Shown: in pieces, positions 1 to 10,292 of the stretch
Position numbering within the stretch: position 1 is the stretch's first letter
Layout: the number at the start of each line of letters is the position of its first letter
Assembly: GCA_051294375.1 (NCBI GenBank)
Contig: CM119271.1
Coordinates: 4,014,434 to 4,078,433, forward strand
DNA length: 64,000 nucleotides
Direction: 5' to 3'
From: Paraspadella gotoi
Lineage: Eukaryota; Animalia; Chaetognatha
The notes under the pieces: generated by a model
Database searches by the model: none
What the model was told of the DNA's origin: nothing
The model's input: only the letters and a program-made list of their open reading frames with translations
Made by a program: the position numbers and the translations under genes

Positions 1-206
1 GATGATGATCTCGCGGTTCCCTCATCCTCTGCGGCGGCGGGATGTGGTGATGATGATGATGGTGCTGCATCTGCTGCTGCTGCTGCTCCATCTTCTGCAG
101 CATCTTCATCCTGGCCTGGGTGAGTTCCTTGAGTCGCTGCTGCAGGGCTTCCTTGTCTTTGTTCAGTCGGTCGATCTCTTCCTTGGGCGGCTCCGTGCCT
201 TTGTTA
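1..206 (-). CDS. ERC: ERC/ELKS/CAST-family protein, exon (runs off window edge)
   Basis: Follows acceptor cttcctctctccctcctccag (minus strand). Translates (S)NKGTEPPKEEIDRLNKDKEALQQRLKELTQARMKMLQKMEQQQQQMQHHHHHHHIPPPQ, resembling the ERC1/2 segment ...QEEVAALKREKDRLVQQLKQQTQNRMKLM as I recall it. Confidence 0.85.
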
Positions 207-280
207 CTGGAGGAGGGAGAGAGGAAGCTTTTGAGAAGGTCAAGGGTTCGATCCCTCCACGCCCCATCATCCATCCGTAC

Positions 281-390
281 CTCCCCAGCATCTCCAGCAA
301 AGCGATGTTGGCGTCCTTCTCGGAAATGGTCGCCAGAATCGCTTCCTGCTTCTTTTCGAAGAGTTGCTCGGATTTCGCGGGTCGCTCCGC
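281..390 (-). CDS. ERC: ERC/ELKS/CAST-family protein, exon with KQEAxLAxISEKDANIALLE motif
   Basis: Acceptor tttttcag (AG at 392-391), donor AG|GTACGG at 280. AERPAKSEQLFEKKQEAILATISEKDANIALLEMLG matches the ERC motif KQEALLAAISEKDANIALLE. 110 nt, phase 2, joins exon 206-1 in frame across a 74-nt intron. Confidence 0.9.
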
Positions 391-733
391 CTGAAAAAAG
401 CAAATGAACAATGGAAATGATAAGAAAAACTACATATTATTAAAATGACAAACACTGCGACACAATTGAGCCTAATAGTTGTCTCTTGAATATTTTTATA
501 TACTAATTTGAAAATTATATTAATTTGAATTTAATAATTTAACGACCCAAATCAACCGAATTATTTTAGAAGACCACACAATATGATGAAACAAGTAATC
601 AAGTAATTGAGGCGGTGTGAATTCACATTCACATTCATTTAACTTTCCTCCAGCTATCACTCCACAATTGCTTATCTAGAAACAGCGTCAATCCACCCAC
701 CCTCCCCTCTTCGGCACCTCCAACCTCCTGCAC

Positions 734-868
734 CTGTAACCGCCTGAGTTCGTCGTCCTTCGCCTCCAACTCTCTCGACAGGTGCGCGAGACGCCGCCGG
801 AACTCGGCCTTGACGCGACGCAGCCTGTCCACCTCTTGTTCGCATCTTGGTGACTTTTGCTTTGGCAT
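734..868 (-). CDS. ERC: ERC/ELKS/CAST-family protein, coiled-coil exon
   Basis: Acceptor tttcccccaag, donor CAG|GTGCAG. EQEVDRLRRVKAEFRRRLAHLSRELEAKDDELRRLQ joins AERP... as in ERC ...LTNLRAERRKH. A probable 1-nt insertion near 842 breaks the frame (DAKAKVTKM/EQEVDRL). Confidence 0.75.
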
Positions 869-1025
869 CTTGGGGGAAATTTGAGGGGCGGAGGTGGGGG
901 TGGAGGAAGAGGAGGTGGGTGGGACGGGGGGCGAGGGAATCTTTGGAAGGGGCTGAGGAGGGGAGGAAATTGGGGGTTTGAGATAAAGATTAGTGATGGT
1001 ATAAAAGTTGGAGAGATCATTGTGG

Positions 1026-1029
<4 letters not shown>

Positions 1030-1067
<38 letters not shown>

Positions 1068-1098
1068 GAGAGAGAGAGATAAAGACAGAGAGAGAGAG
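1030..1098. repeat. (AG)n microsatellite in ERC intron
   Basis: Direct GA dinucleotide run. Confidence 0.95.
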
Positions 1099-1370
1099 AA
1101 TAGACAATATTGATTAATCGCGAATTAAGGCAACTTAAAAATATTTACAAATTTAATTTGCTTTGAATCTCAACTAGGAAACAAAAGTGTGTCTCACATC
1201 TCACTCATTAAATGCTGATTTACTGCTGATTTACTCAAAATATCTCATTGATCGGTTAAACAAACATCATTAAACCTCTCCAACGGACAGTTCACACGGA
1301 TTTTTTTTTTTGGTATTTTCCAACCAACAAGAAAAGAGAGTAATAGAAGCGTCAACTCCGACACGCCCAC

Positions 1371-1596
1371 CTATTCCTGTCTCCGCACCGTCACCCGCGC
1401 CGCTCGACGATCCGCCGCCCGCGGCCGCAACAGCCGCAGCCGCCGCCGCCGCCACGGCCTCGCCCTTCTGGGGCTGTAGAGCATCTCTCTGAGGCCCCTG
1501 ACCGACGCGGTCCCGGTGCCGCTTCTCCGCGTCGAGGCTGCGGCAGCAGCGGTTCAGCTTCGCAGCCTCCACCTTCAGCTTCCGGAGGCTTTCCCA
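1371..1596 (-). CDS. ERC: ERC-family gene, upstream exon with Ala/Gly-rich segment
   Basis: Acceptor tttttcttcag (1598-1597), donor ATAG|GTGGGC (1370). WESLRKLKVEAAKLNRCCRSLDAEKRHRDR...AVAAAAAAAVAAAGGGSSSG; GC-rich island between AT-rich introns, same strand as the ERC exons. Confidence 0.6.
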
Positions 1597-1947
1597 CTGA
1601 AGAAAAATATGGGAAGGACAAAGAAAGGCTTGTAAGAAATTTATTGTTAATAATTGTTATTATATTTATGAATGTTGTAAACCGATGCTAGTGTGTTCTG
1701 TTGTTAAAATTTATATAAAATTAATTTAATATAGGATTAAAAAAGTCGAATTTGGGTTTCAAGTGCCAGTTTTTTTTTATTGAAAACTAATATTTAGATC
1801 TTATTTGTCAGATCATCGTTCAGGGTAGTTTTACTAAATTCGACGTTTTTAATCAATATTTAAACTGTGCACGCGATGACTCTACAAACTAATTTTACAT
1901 ACATGAATATGACCAGTACAAAAATATTCATTCAATAAACAAGCTCT

Positions 1948-2231
1948 TGTAGGAAGACGAAAAAATGTAATAAATAAATATGAAGAGAGAGTGAAGAATT
2001 GTGACGTTGTAAGAGAAGTAGAAAAGAAGTGAGTCTAGCTCTCTCCTGATCCACTTTTATCATCGCCCGGACCAAACTTGAACCTTACGGTCGCCTCGGC
2101 CCTATTACTGTGTCCGGTCAATCTAAGGTCATTGCCAAAGCTAGGACAAAGTGACCGTGTGGAATAGACCGGCTCGAAGAAAGAGGAGAGAGGAAGGGTT
2201 TAGAGAGAGAGACCTGTGGTAAGTCGCCTCA
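1948..2231 (-). repeat. 3' LTR (~284 bp)
   Basis: Minus strand TGAGGCGACTTACCACAGG...CTTCCTACA; near-identical in reverse orientation to 16463-16749. Confidence 0.9.
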
Positions 2232-2241
2232 TCCCCCCCTC
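2232..2241 (-). other. Polypurine tract (PPT)
   Basis: GAGGGGGGGA immediately upstream of the 3' LTR TG on the minus strand. Confidence 0.85.
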
Positions 2242-2745
2242 AAGTTCGGACCTTAGGGGTTCGAACTGACCCTATTTACAGTTGAGGTTGACTTGTACTA
2301 CTAGTTAAGGAACAAAGTACTTTACAATATTGTTTCTCCTTGGGGAAAATTTGGGCAAACAATAAGGTCGAGGAGAACAATTGGGGGACCCACTAAAAAA
2401 GGGGTTTGTCTTCTACAATAAATATTTACATATATCTCTTCTCAAAAAAAATATTTTGGGAAGAATTTTACAAAAAAGAAGTAGGGAGATAGGAAAAATG
2501 ATTTGTTTGGTCAAAGTGTTATGATGATTGCTTGCTATTAGGCAAGCTTGATTAAATCATAAAAATAAACCAGCTGTTGATGATTTTGTTTTTGATGATT
2601 ACTTGCTGTTAGGCAAGTTGTGATTAATCGTAACAGTGACCCAACTGGTGATGATTTGGTGATAGTGCTGATAACGGTTATCTAATAATCACGGATCTCG
2701 CGAATGACTGATAGTTAGATCTTAGACATCTAATACAATATATAT

Positions 2746-5700
2746 CTATTCCTTCAGAACCCAGACGATGGTATTGTCTGCACGTGGCTTGTCTTTGAGG
2801 TTGAAGTCGTGTTGGTTGTTGAGTGGATCGTTGTCGTGATGGCCGTTGTTGCTGTTGCTGTGGAGGTTCTTGTTGAAGTTGCTGTTGAGGTTGGGCCGCC
2901 TGAGGATATAAATGTTGGGAATGAGTGGAGTCGGCCGCTGGGCTGACTCTTGTTCTATTATTTGTTTGACCCTCCCCCTAGGAAACGACTCGCCTGTTGC
3001 TGCTGGTGGTCCGTCCTCTTCGTGGGGCTGCTGGAGGTGTTGGTTGGACATCCGGTTCTGTTGTTGCTGGCTTGATCCTGTCGATGGATATCTTCTCTTG
3101 TCCTCGGCCGGGGATGTCCACTGTGAAGGTCTTGTCATCTCTTGAGACTACTTTGTAAGGCCCAAGTAGGGCGTAGCTAGCGAGTGACCCTGTTGGCCGC
3201 GGAGCACAAAAACCCAGTTTGCTGAGGCAAGACCTGTGAGGAAGATGAACAGGTGGGTTTTGAGTGCCAACTAGGAACTACTGGTCTCAGCAATGCAACG
3301 TCGTGTCTCAAGTTTTGCAGCTTCATTTTGGCATTTGCTCTTGTTGGCTGTGTACCTATTACCAGTTCGCCTGGGATTGCTATTGTATCTCCGAATACAA
3401 GTTCTGCTGGTGATGCTTGTAGGTCTTCTTTTGGTGCGGACCTGAGTCCTAATAAGACCCAGGGTAGTTGATTGAACCAATTTGCGCCGGACGCATCACA
3501 ACGCGCTTTCAATGATGCCTTCATGGTACGGTGAAACCGTTCGACCATCCCGTTCGCCTGCGGGTGGTAAGCTGTTGGTGGTGTTGAGCTTGTAGCCTAT
3601 AGCTTGGCTCAGCTGATGCCACAATCAGAAGTGAATTGTGTTCCACGGTCGGAAGTGACGTGGCTGTACACCGAATCTGGCGATCCAGTTCTGAGGAAGG
3701 CTGTTGCTACAGTTACTGCGGAGAATCCCGAAGGGATATGCTTCAGGCCAGCGAGAAAAACGGTCTACACAGGTTAAAAGGTACGTGTAACCGCCTGAGG
3801 TGGGCAAGGGACCCACCAAGTCAATGTGAATGTGTTCGAAACGCCTCGATTGGTGCTTCGAAAGGTTGTAGTGGAGCCTGGGTGTGTCGTTTACTTGCTG
3901 CGCTGGCAGTCAAGGCAAGCCTGAGCCCATTTTGCCACGTCTGACGCGGCTTTTGGCCAAACAAATCTCTTGTTACCAGCTTTTTTGTGCATCTGACGCT
4001 CGGGTGAGCTAGGTGTGGATGGCATCATAAACTCGACGGCGCCAAGTTGTGGAACCAAGGGGCGCGCCCTGCCTGAAACTGACATCACAGATGATGTCAA
4101 AGTCGTTCAGGCGAACTATCTTGAATCGCAGGCTGGTGTGGCGTCCGCCAGGAGTCGCTGGATCTCCTCGTCGGAACTCTGGTCACCGGCTAAAGCGGCA
4201 AAATCGACGCCTTGGGGCCAACTGCGTTGACCGTTGCGACCAAAGAGGGCATTTCTGAAGGTCCTGATAATCCTTCAGGTTCTGGGCCACTGCTTGCTGG
4301 GCTGATGATTCTTGATAGTGTGTCCGCTACCACGTTGGCCTTGCCCTCAATGTATCGGATGTCTGTTTGTGTATTCGGAGATGGCAGATAATTGATATGT
4401 TTGACGCATTGAGTGTGGCTCAGATTTCTTGCGTATGGCGGGAACTAGGCTGTTCTGGTCAGAGAACAGAACGAAGTAGCGCCCTTCCAGGAAGGCCTGA
4501 GTGCCGGACTGAGCGGTGTGCGGCAAGGAGTTCCCCGTCGAAAGGGGCCATTTTGTCTGGTTCTGAGCTAGCGGGGCTGAGAAAAAGCCTAAGGGTTGCC
4601 ATTGACCACCAATCTTCTGCCTCCAGGACGCCGCCGATGGCCGTCAGTGACGCATCGACGGTCAGGGCCAGAGGTGCCCCGTCCACAGGGTGGACAAGCA
4701 TAGTTGCATTTGCTAGAGCTTCTTTCGACTTGTTGAAGGCTCGAGTCATTTCCTCGGTCCATTTAAGGACTCGGGGGTTACCTTTTAAGGCTTGGTAAAT
4801 GGTGTAAGGACTTCGGCGATATGTGGAATGAAACGCCGGTAGTAGTTGAGCATGCCCAAGTATCTTTGAACCTCTTTGACTGATGTTGGCTGGGGGAATT
4901 GCTTGATGTGTTCAACTTTTGTGTCCAATGGCCTGACGCCTGTTGCGTCTACCTGGTAACCGAGAAAAGTCGAGTGATGGTACGCCCAGTACACATTTTG
5001 CCCTGTTTCACTACTAAACCATTTGCTTGCAGGGTGTCAAACAGTAGTGTGAGATCTTGCATGTGTTCTTCTTCATTGTTTGAGGCGACCAGGATGTCAT
5101 CTAGATATACAAAGATGTGTGTACATCTTTGAGGGCTTCATCCATCAATCCTTTGAAAATCGGGACCTGCATTCTTGAGGCCAAATGGGTGAACGGGAAT
5201 TCCACGAGCCAAAAGGAGTTATGACGGCTGTTTTTGCAAATATCCTGCTCTGCTACAGTACTTGATGGTAGCCTTTACAAAGGTCTACTTTTGAAAAAAT
5301 TGTTTTGCCTGCGACATGTGCATTGAAATCCATCAAATTTGATGGGGTAGCGGTTGTCTTTTGTGACTGCGTTGAGGCGCCTGTAGTCGCCGCAACATCT
5401 GAGTGAGCCGTCTGGTTTTTTCACCACATGTAGTGGTGATGCCCAAGCACTCTTGCTCTTCCTTATAATGCCCAGCTTCTCCATTTTTGCAAATTCTTCT
5501 TTGGCTGCTTTGAGTTTGTCAGGCGCAAGTCGGCGTGCTTGGGAATGGACAGGCGGACCCTCGGTTGGAATGTGGTGTTCACACCATGCTTGGTCTTCGA
5601 AGGGTCAAATCTGAGTTGTGTGAGTTCTGGGCGTTCGTCAATCATTTGAAATAGGCATTATTGACTGTATTGACTCTGAAAGGCCTGTCCAGATAAGATT

Positions 5701-6090
5701 GCCTGTGATTGTTGAAAAATCGTCAAGATCGACGAGTAGGCCGAGCTTGTGGTCGGCGGCTAAATGATGCTCCATCAGAAAATTCAGCTCCAAGGATAGG
5801 GGTCGTAACGTCAGCAAGTACGGTGTTAGTGTGTATGTTGCGTCTTCCTAGTCTGATAGTGATTTGTTTGGTGCCGTAGGAAGAGATTGAAGACCCGGTT
5901 TGCGCAGCATGAAGTTGAGGCGCCGGAGCCACCGCGGAGCTTTTCTGATGGAGAAGGTGCCATCAAAAGTGACGCTTGCACCACCGTCCACAAGCCATGT
6001 CATATTGTTGATGTTGTCATACACGTGCAGTAAGGGTTCTATACTACCAGCAGCGGCGTTTACTGCCTCCGGCTGCTGGCTCGGCCGTTT
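2746..6090 (-). pseudogene. pol: Gypsy pol polyprotein (protease, RT, RNase H, integrase), frameshifted
   Basis: WLVDGGASVT (PR, ~5970-5998); SAWASPLHVVKKPDGSLRCCGDYRRLN and VYLDDILV (RT); LTVDAS (RH); ACLDCQRSK, GPLPTSGGYTYLLTCVDRFSRWPEA, ERFHRTMKASL, GPY-like PYLGPYKV...ISIDRIKPA (IN). Split over many frames by indels. Confidence 0.92.
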
Positions 6091-7540
6091 CCGCCGCTTG
6101 CATCCTGGGTAGCATTGAATGCTCGTCTCCAAATGTCCTGTGATAGGAAACAGAGTCGTTGACGAGGTCAGGAGAGGAATTAAAGCATTGAGGCTGGTCG
6201 ATGGTGAATGTGGTGTTGTTGGGGAAACGGCGCTGCTGATTGTTGCTTGTTCTTCCGGTAGTTAGGGCGTGCTGGCTGCCTGGGGCGTAGTTGGCCACGC
6301 GCGGAGGGTCGCGGCACACACGTGGCGTACGTGCGTGGAGCCTTATCTTCTGTGGAAGATGTATCATCCGCCAATTCGGGCGCATAATCCTCTTCTCCGA
6401 GTCCGATAGGTTCGTCCTCGAAGATGCCCCATCTGTTGGAGGTGTCGACGTAATTGACGACTTTTCCAACTGGTTTTGAGACGATCTGAAGATCGCCTTG
6501 GGCGGAATAAAATGCGTCGGCCTTTTTGGCGATCGCCTCCGGCGTCTCGTCCCCGTCACTAACTACCCTTCCAGCCACATGGGCCGGGAGGACCTCGGCA
6601 AGGATCGCGTTGAGGATGTGGTCGATCTTGAGGGATTCGACCTCTGCACGCAGTGCGGCCACAAACTGCGAGGGAGTGCGTCCTTGGAGGGAGTGATGTT
6701 CCTAGGAGCCTTTGCGCCTTTTGCCGGGGCTTTTCGGCAAAACAACTCGTTAAAGCTGTTTTTCAGAGTTTGTAACAGCCGGACACAGGGTGATCATCGG
6801 TATAAAACCTCGATCAGTACCTGATGCTCCTGCGGAATCGCACTGAGAAGGTAAAGCTTTTTGAGTTGTTCGTCATGAACTGAAGCGAGGCGGAAACTCC
6901 CCTCGACTGCAGCAAGCCAGGCTCGGATGTTGCTGACATCGAAAGGCGGCAACTTTGGCGTCTTCGAACGGCTGGTGGCTTGCGTCTCCAGATCCATCGG
7001 GGGTTGCGTGAGGGAGGAGGCTCCCATCGCGCTGACGTCTCCTGGATGAGCTTGACCTGCATAATGACACATACGTTGGCCAATGGTACCTGTCGCCTTG
7101 CTGGTGCTTCCTGTAGTGACCGCTGAGCTTTCCACTAGCTTTTGGATCTCTCTCGTGAGGTGTTGGATAGAGCTTATGATGTTTTCATTTACTCTGCTTG
7201 TTTTGCTTCCACATCCTTGATCCGGTTGGTTGAACGACATCAATACCCGCTTGATGACCCTTGTGCGGTCGCACTTGAATCCGACATTGGGTCGAGGCGG
7301 TGTGGCCAGGGCTTTGGGCCTGGTCTGTGCCGGGTCGCGCGCGGGGTCTGAAAAAGCGGCGTTGTCGAACTGCTCTGGTGATGGTGGCGCTGATGAAACC
7401 GGGGTGGCGGTGGAGATGGTGATAGCGGGTGGTGGGGTGGCGTCCTCCATACGGCGTCGCTTGAGGTCCCTGCAGAGGTGAGGTCGAGGCGCGGCGTCCT
7501 CCACGTTTCTCCTTGGTTACGATGAGTGCTCACATAATTA
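6090..7540 (-). pseudogene. gag: Gypsy gag with CHCC zinc knuckle, frameshifted
   Basis: KLPPFDVSNIRAWLAAVEGSFRLASV N-terminal Gag motif; reconstructed LCFYHRTFGDxAFxCYPGCK at ~6100-6152 across indels. Confidence 0.85.
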
Positions 7541-9958
7541 CCAATTGATGTTTCGCGATGACATGATTGTTTCTATCCATATAGACGAAGATATGAAGGA
7601 GTTTTTTCGACCTGGACGACCTCTTCTTCAAAATTCCGCGGTGAACCAGCCAAAGTACAGTGTAGTGTTTGTGTGTGGAATATATGTCTCGTGTGTCTAA
7701 TAATTCTTAGCTCATCTTCTATAAGATAATATTATTTTTTTTCTTTATTATTATTCCTTATCCTTCCTGTCGTGTTTCTCTGAATTCTAGCTATATAGTA
7801 CTATTATATTTACATCAATTTTTCTATTTCTCATATATAGTCGACAAACTAATTCCTGTAATATAGTGACACTTTTCTGTTTATCGCTTTTTTTCCATTC
7901 TCCCCTCAGATATAGCTCAAATTTTTTTTACCTCATGAAGCCTCATAGTACTCTCGGATTCCAAGCTAGTGTCTATTTAATTATCTCTATGAACCAGAAT
8001 ACTGTGTTTTATATTTTACGGGCGTGCTCGTGGAAATAGTGGCTGTTTAGCTTTCCAACCGAGATGCCTTTACAACTAGTGAGGGGTGGCGGGACCAATG
8101 TAAAATAGAAAAAAAACGCAGATTGAGCGAGACGTTGTCTATTCCTCTCAGGCAGAAAAAATTTAACACGTGCATAATGCTTAAGTTCTAATGACGGGAC
8201 AAGAAAAGAAACATCTTCAATACGGATTTCTCTTTTCTAGTAGTTCTCGAAATATACTGTAAGTTAGTTCCTAATCTTTTTAATTATTTTTCCCGAATTA
8301 TAAATAGTCGCGTATAATTTAGTCTCTTGTTAGTTCCCGTAAAAAGCGAGCTCGCTTTCGAGATCCAGAATCGCAATTCGGTCCTTTTTTATTCGGAGTC
8401 GGGTAGATTTTTCGTCTTGCTCGGTAATCGGACTGTTACGCATGCGTCTCTTCATGTTACTCTCTCTCGATACTCTCTCCTCTCAACTCTACATATCATC
8501 TATCTCTCCATATACTCTGGTTCTCTCTCTCTCGTCTACATCGTCTCTCTCTCTAATCACAACATCTACTCGATACGTTACTCTCTTTGCATAGTCTGAC
8601 TCTCTGACCTGGGCTGATCCAGTGAATGCCTCGAAGTCCACGCTGAGACGTGTTTCACTAAATACTGAATATATATCGCAAAATCTGCGCGTAATGGAAA
8701 ATATATATCGTGTTCCATATTCTTTAGAACGGATACGCTAATTCTCGAGTCTACCACTGAGAGAATGTGCGCGAACACTATTCGGTTCCTCGAGGCGACT
8801 TCCGTTTAAGTTTACGAATACTGCTATCGCAGGGCGTAGTTATTGCACTCGCTGAGAGCATACGCGCACGTGAATGAGACCGCCTGGAGCCGTCGAGCTC
8901 GTCTTGCTCTGAGCTGGAACTATACGCGCGTCTGCTGTATGATGCGAATCTGTCCAAACCGATGTAGGAGTAAAAATAAGTCGTCGGATTGCCACATAAG
9001 GAAAGTATGCCATCCAGACTCGAATCAGTACATAGATCTCATTACTTACAGAACAACCAGAAAGGAAAGAGTGAGATGCATGGAAAGAAGGTAGGAGGTT
9101 AGCGTGTGGTGTCTGTTAGGTGCGGTGGGTGTTGAGGTGGGTTACAGGTTTAAAATCATCGGCTTTCAATGTAAGATTAATGACTCGAAAAAAATATAAA
9201 AAAAATGTACATTAACTCATTAAAATAGACTAGATGTTACCGAGTATTTTGTATTGAACTCTTCTGTGAGGCGGTGTTCTTCAGTGCGTTCTCCCCAATA
9301 TAGCCAGTAGTAAAGAAGGTGTCAGAGTATGACTAGTTACATCTGCGTCAACGATCATGATTGCACACTAAAATAACTATTCAGCCCACTAGGTGACAAC
9401 AGCATAGCCCGTCCACCCGGTTCGCCTCGGGCTTCCTATTTTATCTTGTGTCCTCTGTCAACTCTAGAGTGTCGATGCCAAGAGGGCATGAGGAACAAAA
9501 TGAAAACCGATTGATGAAATAGAAACCCGGCTCAAGAAGAAGAAGGAGAGAGAGAGGAAGAGGGTTTAGAGAGAGACCGGAGAGACGAGGTAGAGAGAGG
9601 AAGAAGTGTGGTAAGTTCGCCTCACTCTCCTGACGGCCCGAGTAATATAGTGGGTTAATATGCTTTATTCATCTCGCTTGGACTAAAACATTTCATAGTC
9701 TAAACTCGTGAACGGCTTTTAATAAACTCTCCTACATCTAGTTCATTTACACTTATAGGATTGTGAAATAATTCTAAATCTGAAGGAAAGGAATTTCTCT
9801 TTCATCTTAAATGCGGTCTCTCTCCGGTAAAACTGTTCCTTAATCACGAAAACAAGAAATTTTGCATGGGACATTGAGCATATTGTTGGAAAAATCATGG
9901 TGGGATTAATAAGACGATGTTCATTGAATGTAGGTGATTTTAAGAAAGACTAATTTAC

Positions 9959-10292
9959 CTGCAGGAGAGTTCGGCACAACTGGCGAGCTACCAAATCGCT
10001 CACGATGATGAGTAGTCACGAGTTCTGGTGTTCTGCCCTTCGGCGCGGTTGTACTACTGTGCGTCTAAGATAACATTCTCTTGGTTAGTCTAACTCTCTA
10101 TATGTTATTCATAAATGATCTCTCTTACATGAATCTGATCCTGACTGGACCTCTGTATATTCCTCTTTTAGTTCGACACTAACACGCGTACCAGCGCGAC
10201 TTCTCGCTGATCGAGAAAACGTACATCCCGACACCATTTGACACGTGCAACTGTGAGGAGCAACCACGAGCCAGTCTCTTCTGTCTTTTTCC
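9959..10292 (-). CDS. Degraded (noisy) copy of upstream ERC exon
   Basis: Acceptor ttttttattttccag and donor GCAG|GTAAAT match the cleaner inverted copy at 15980-16167; lies upstream of the gypsy insertion on the ERC strand. Interior too noisy to translate. Confidence 0.4.

Larger units (their letters stand above)
1948..9624 (-). mobile_element. Ty3/Gypsy LTR retrotransposon, CsRN1-like clade, full length with frameshifts
   Basis: 3' LTR 1948-2231; degraded 5' LTR with its outer end at 9624; TG..CA ends; 4-bp TSD CTCT at 1944-1947 and 9625-9628; domain order gag-PR-RT-RH-IN; CHCC Gag knuckle; tRNA-Trp-like PBS seen in the inverted copy. 7550-9500 is very noisy. Confidence 0.9.

Noticed and set aside
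2-394. Plus-strand 130-aa ORF
   Set aside because: Antisense shadow of the ERC exons; splice signals and homology are on the minus strand.
7550-9500. Extra ORFs or an env-like insert in the gypsy leader
   Set aside because: The mirrored copy has only a ~0.7-kb leader; this stretch looks insertion-inflated and its ORFs are short and unrecognisable.
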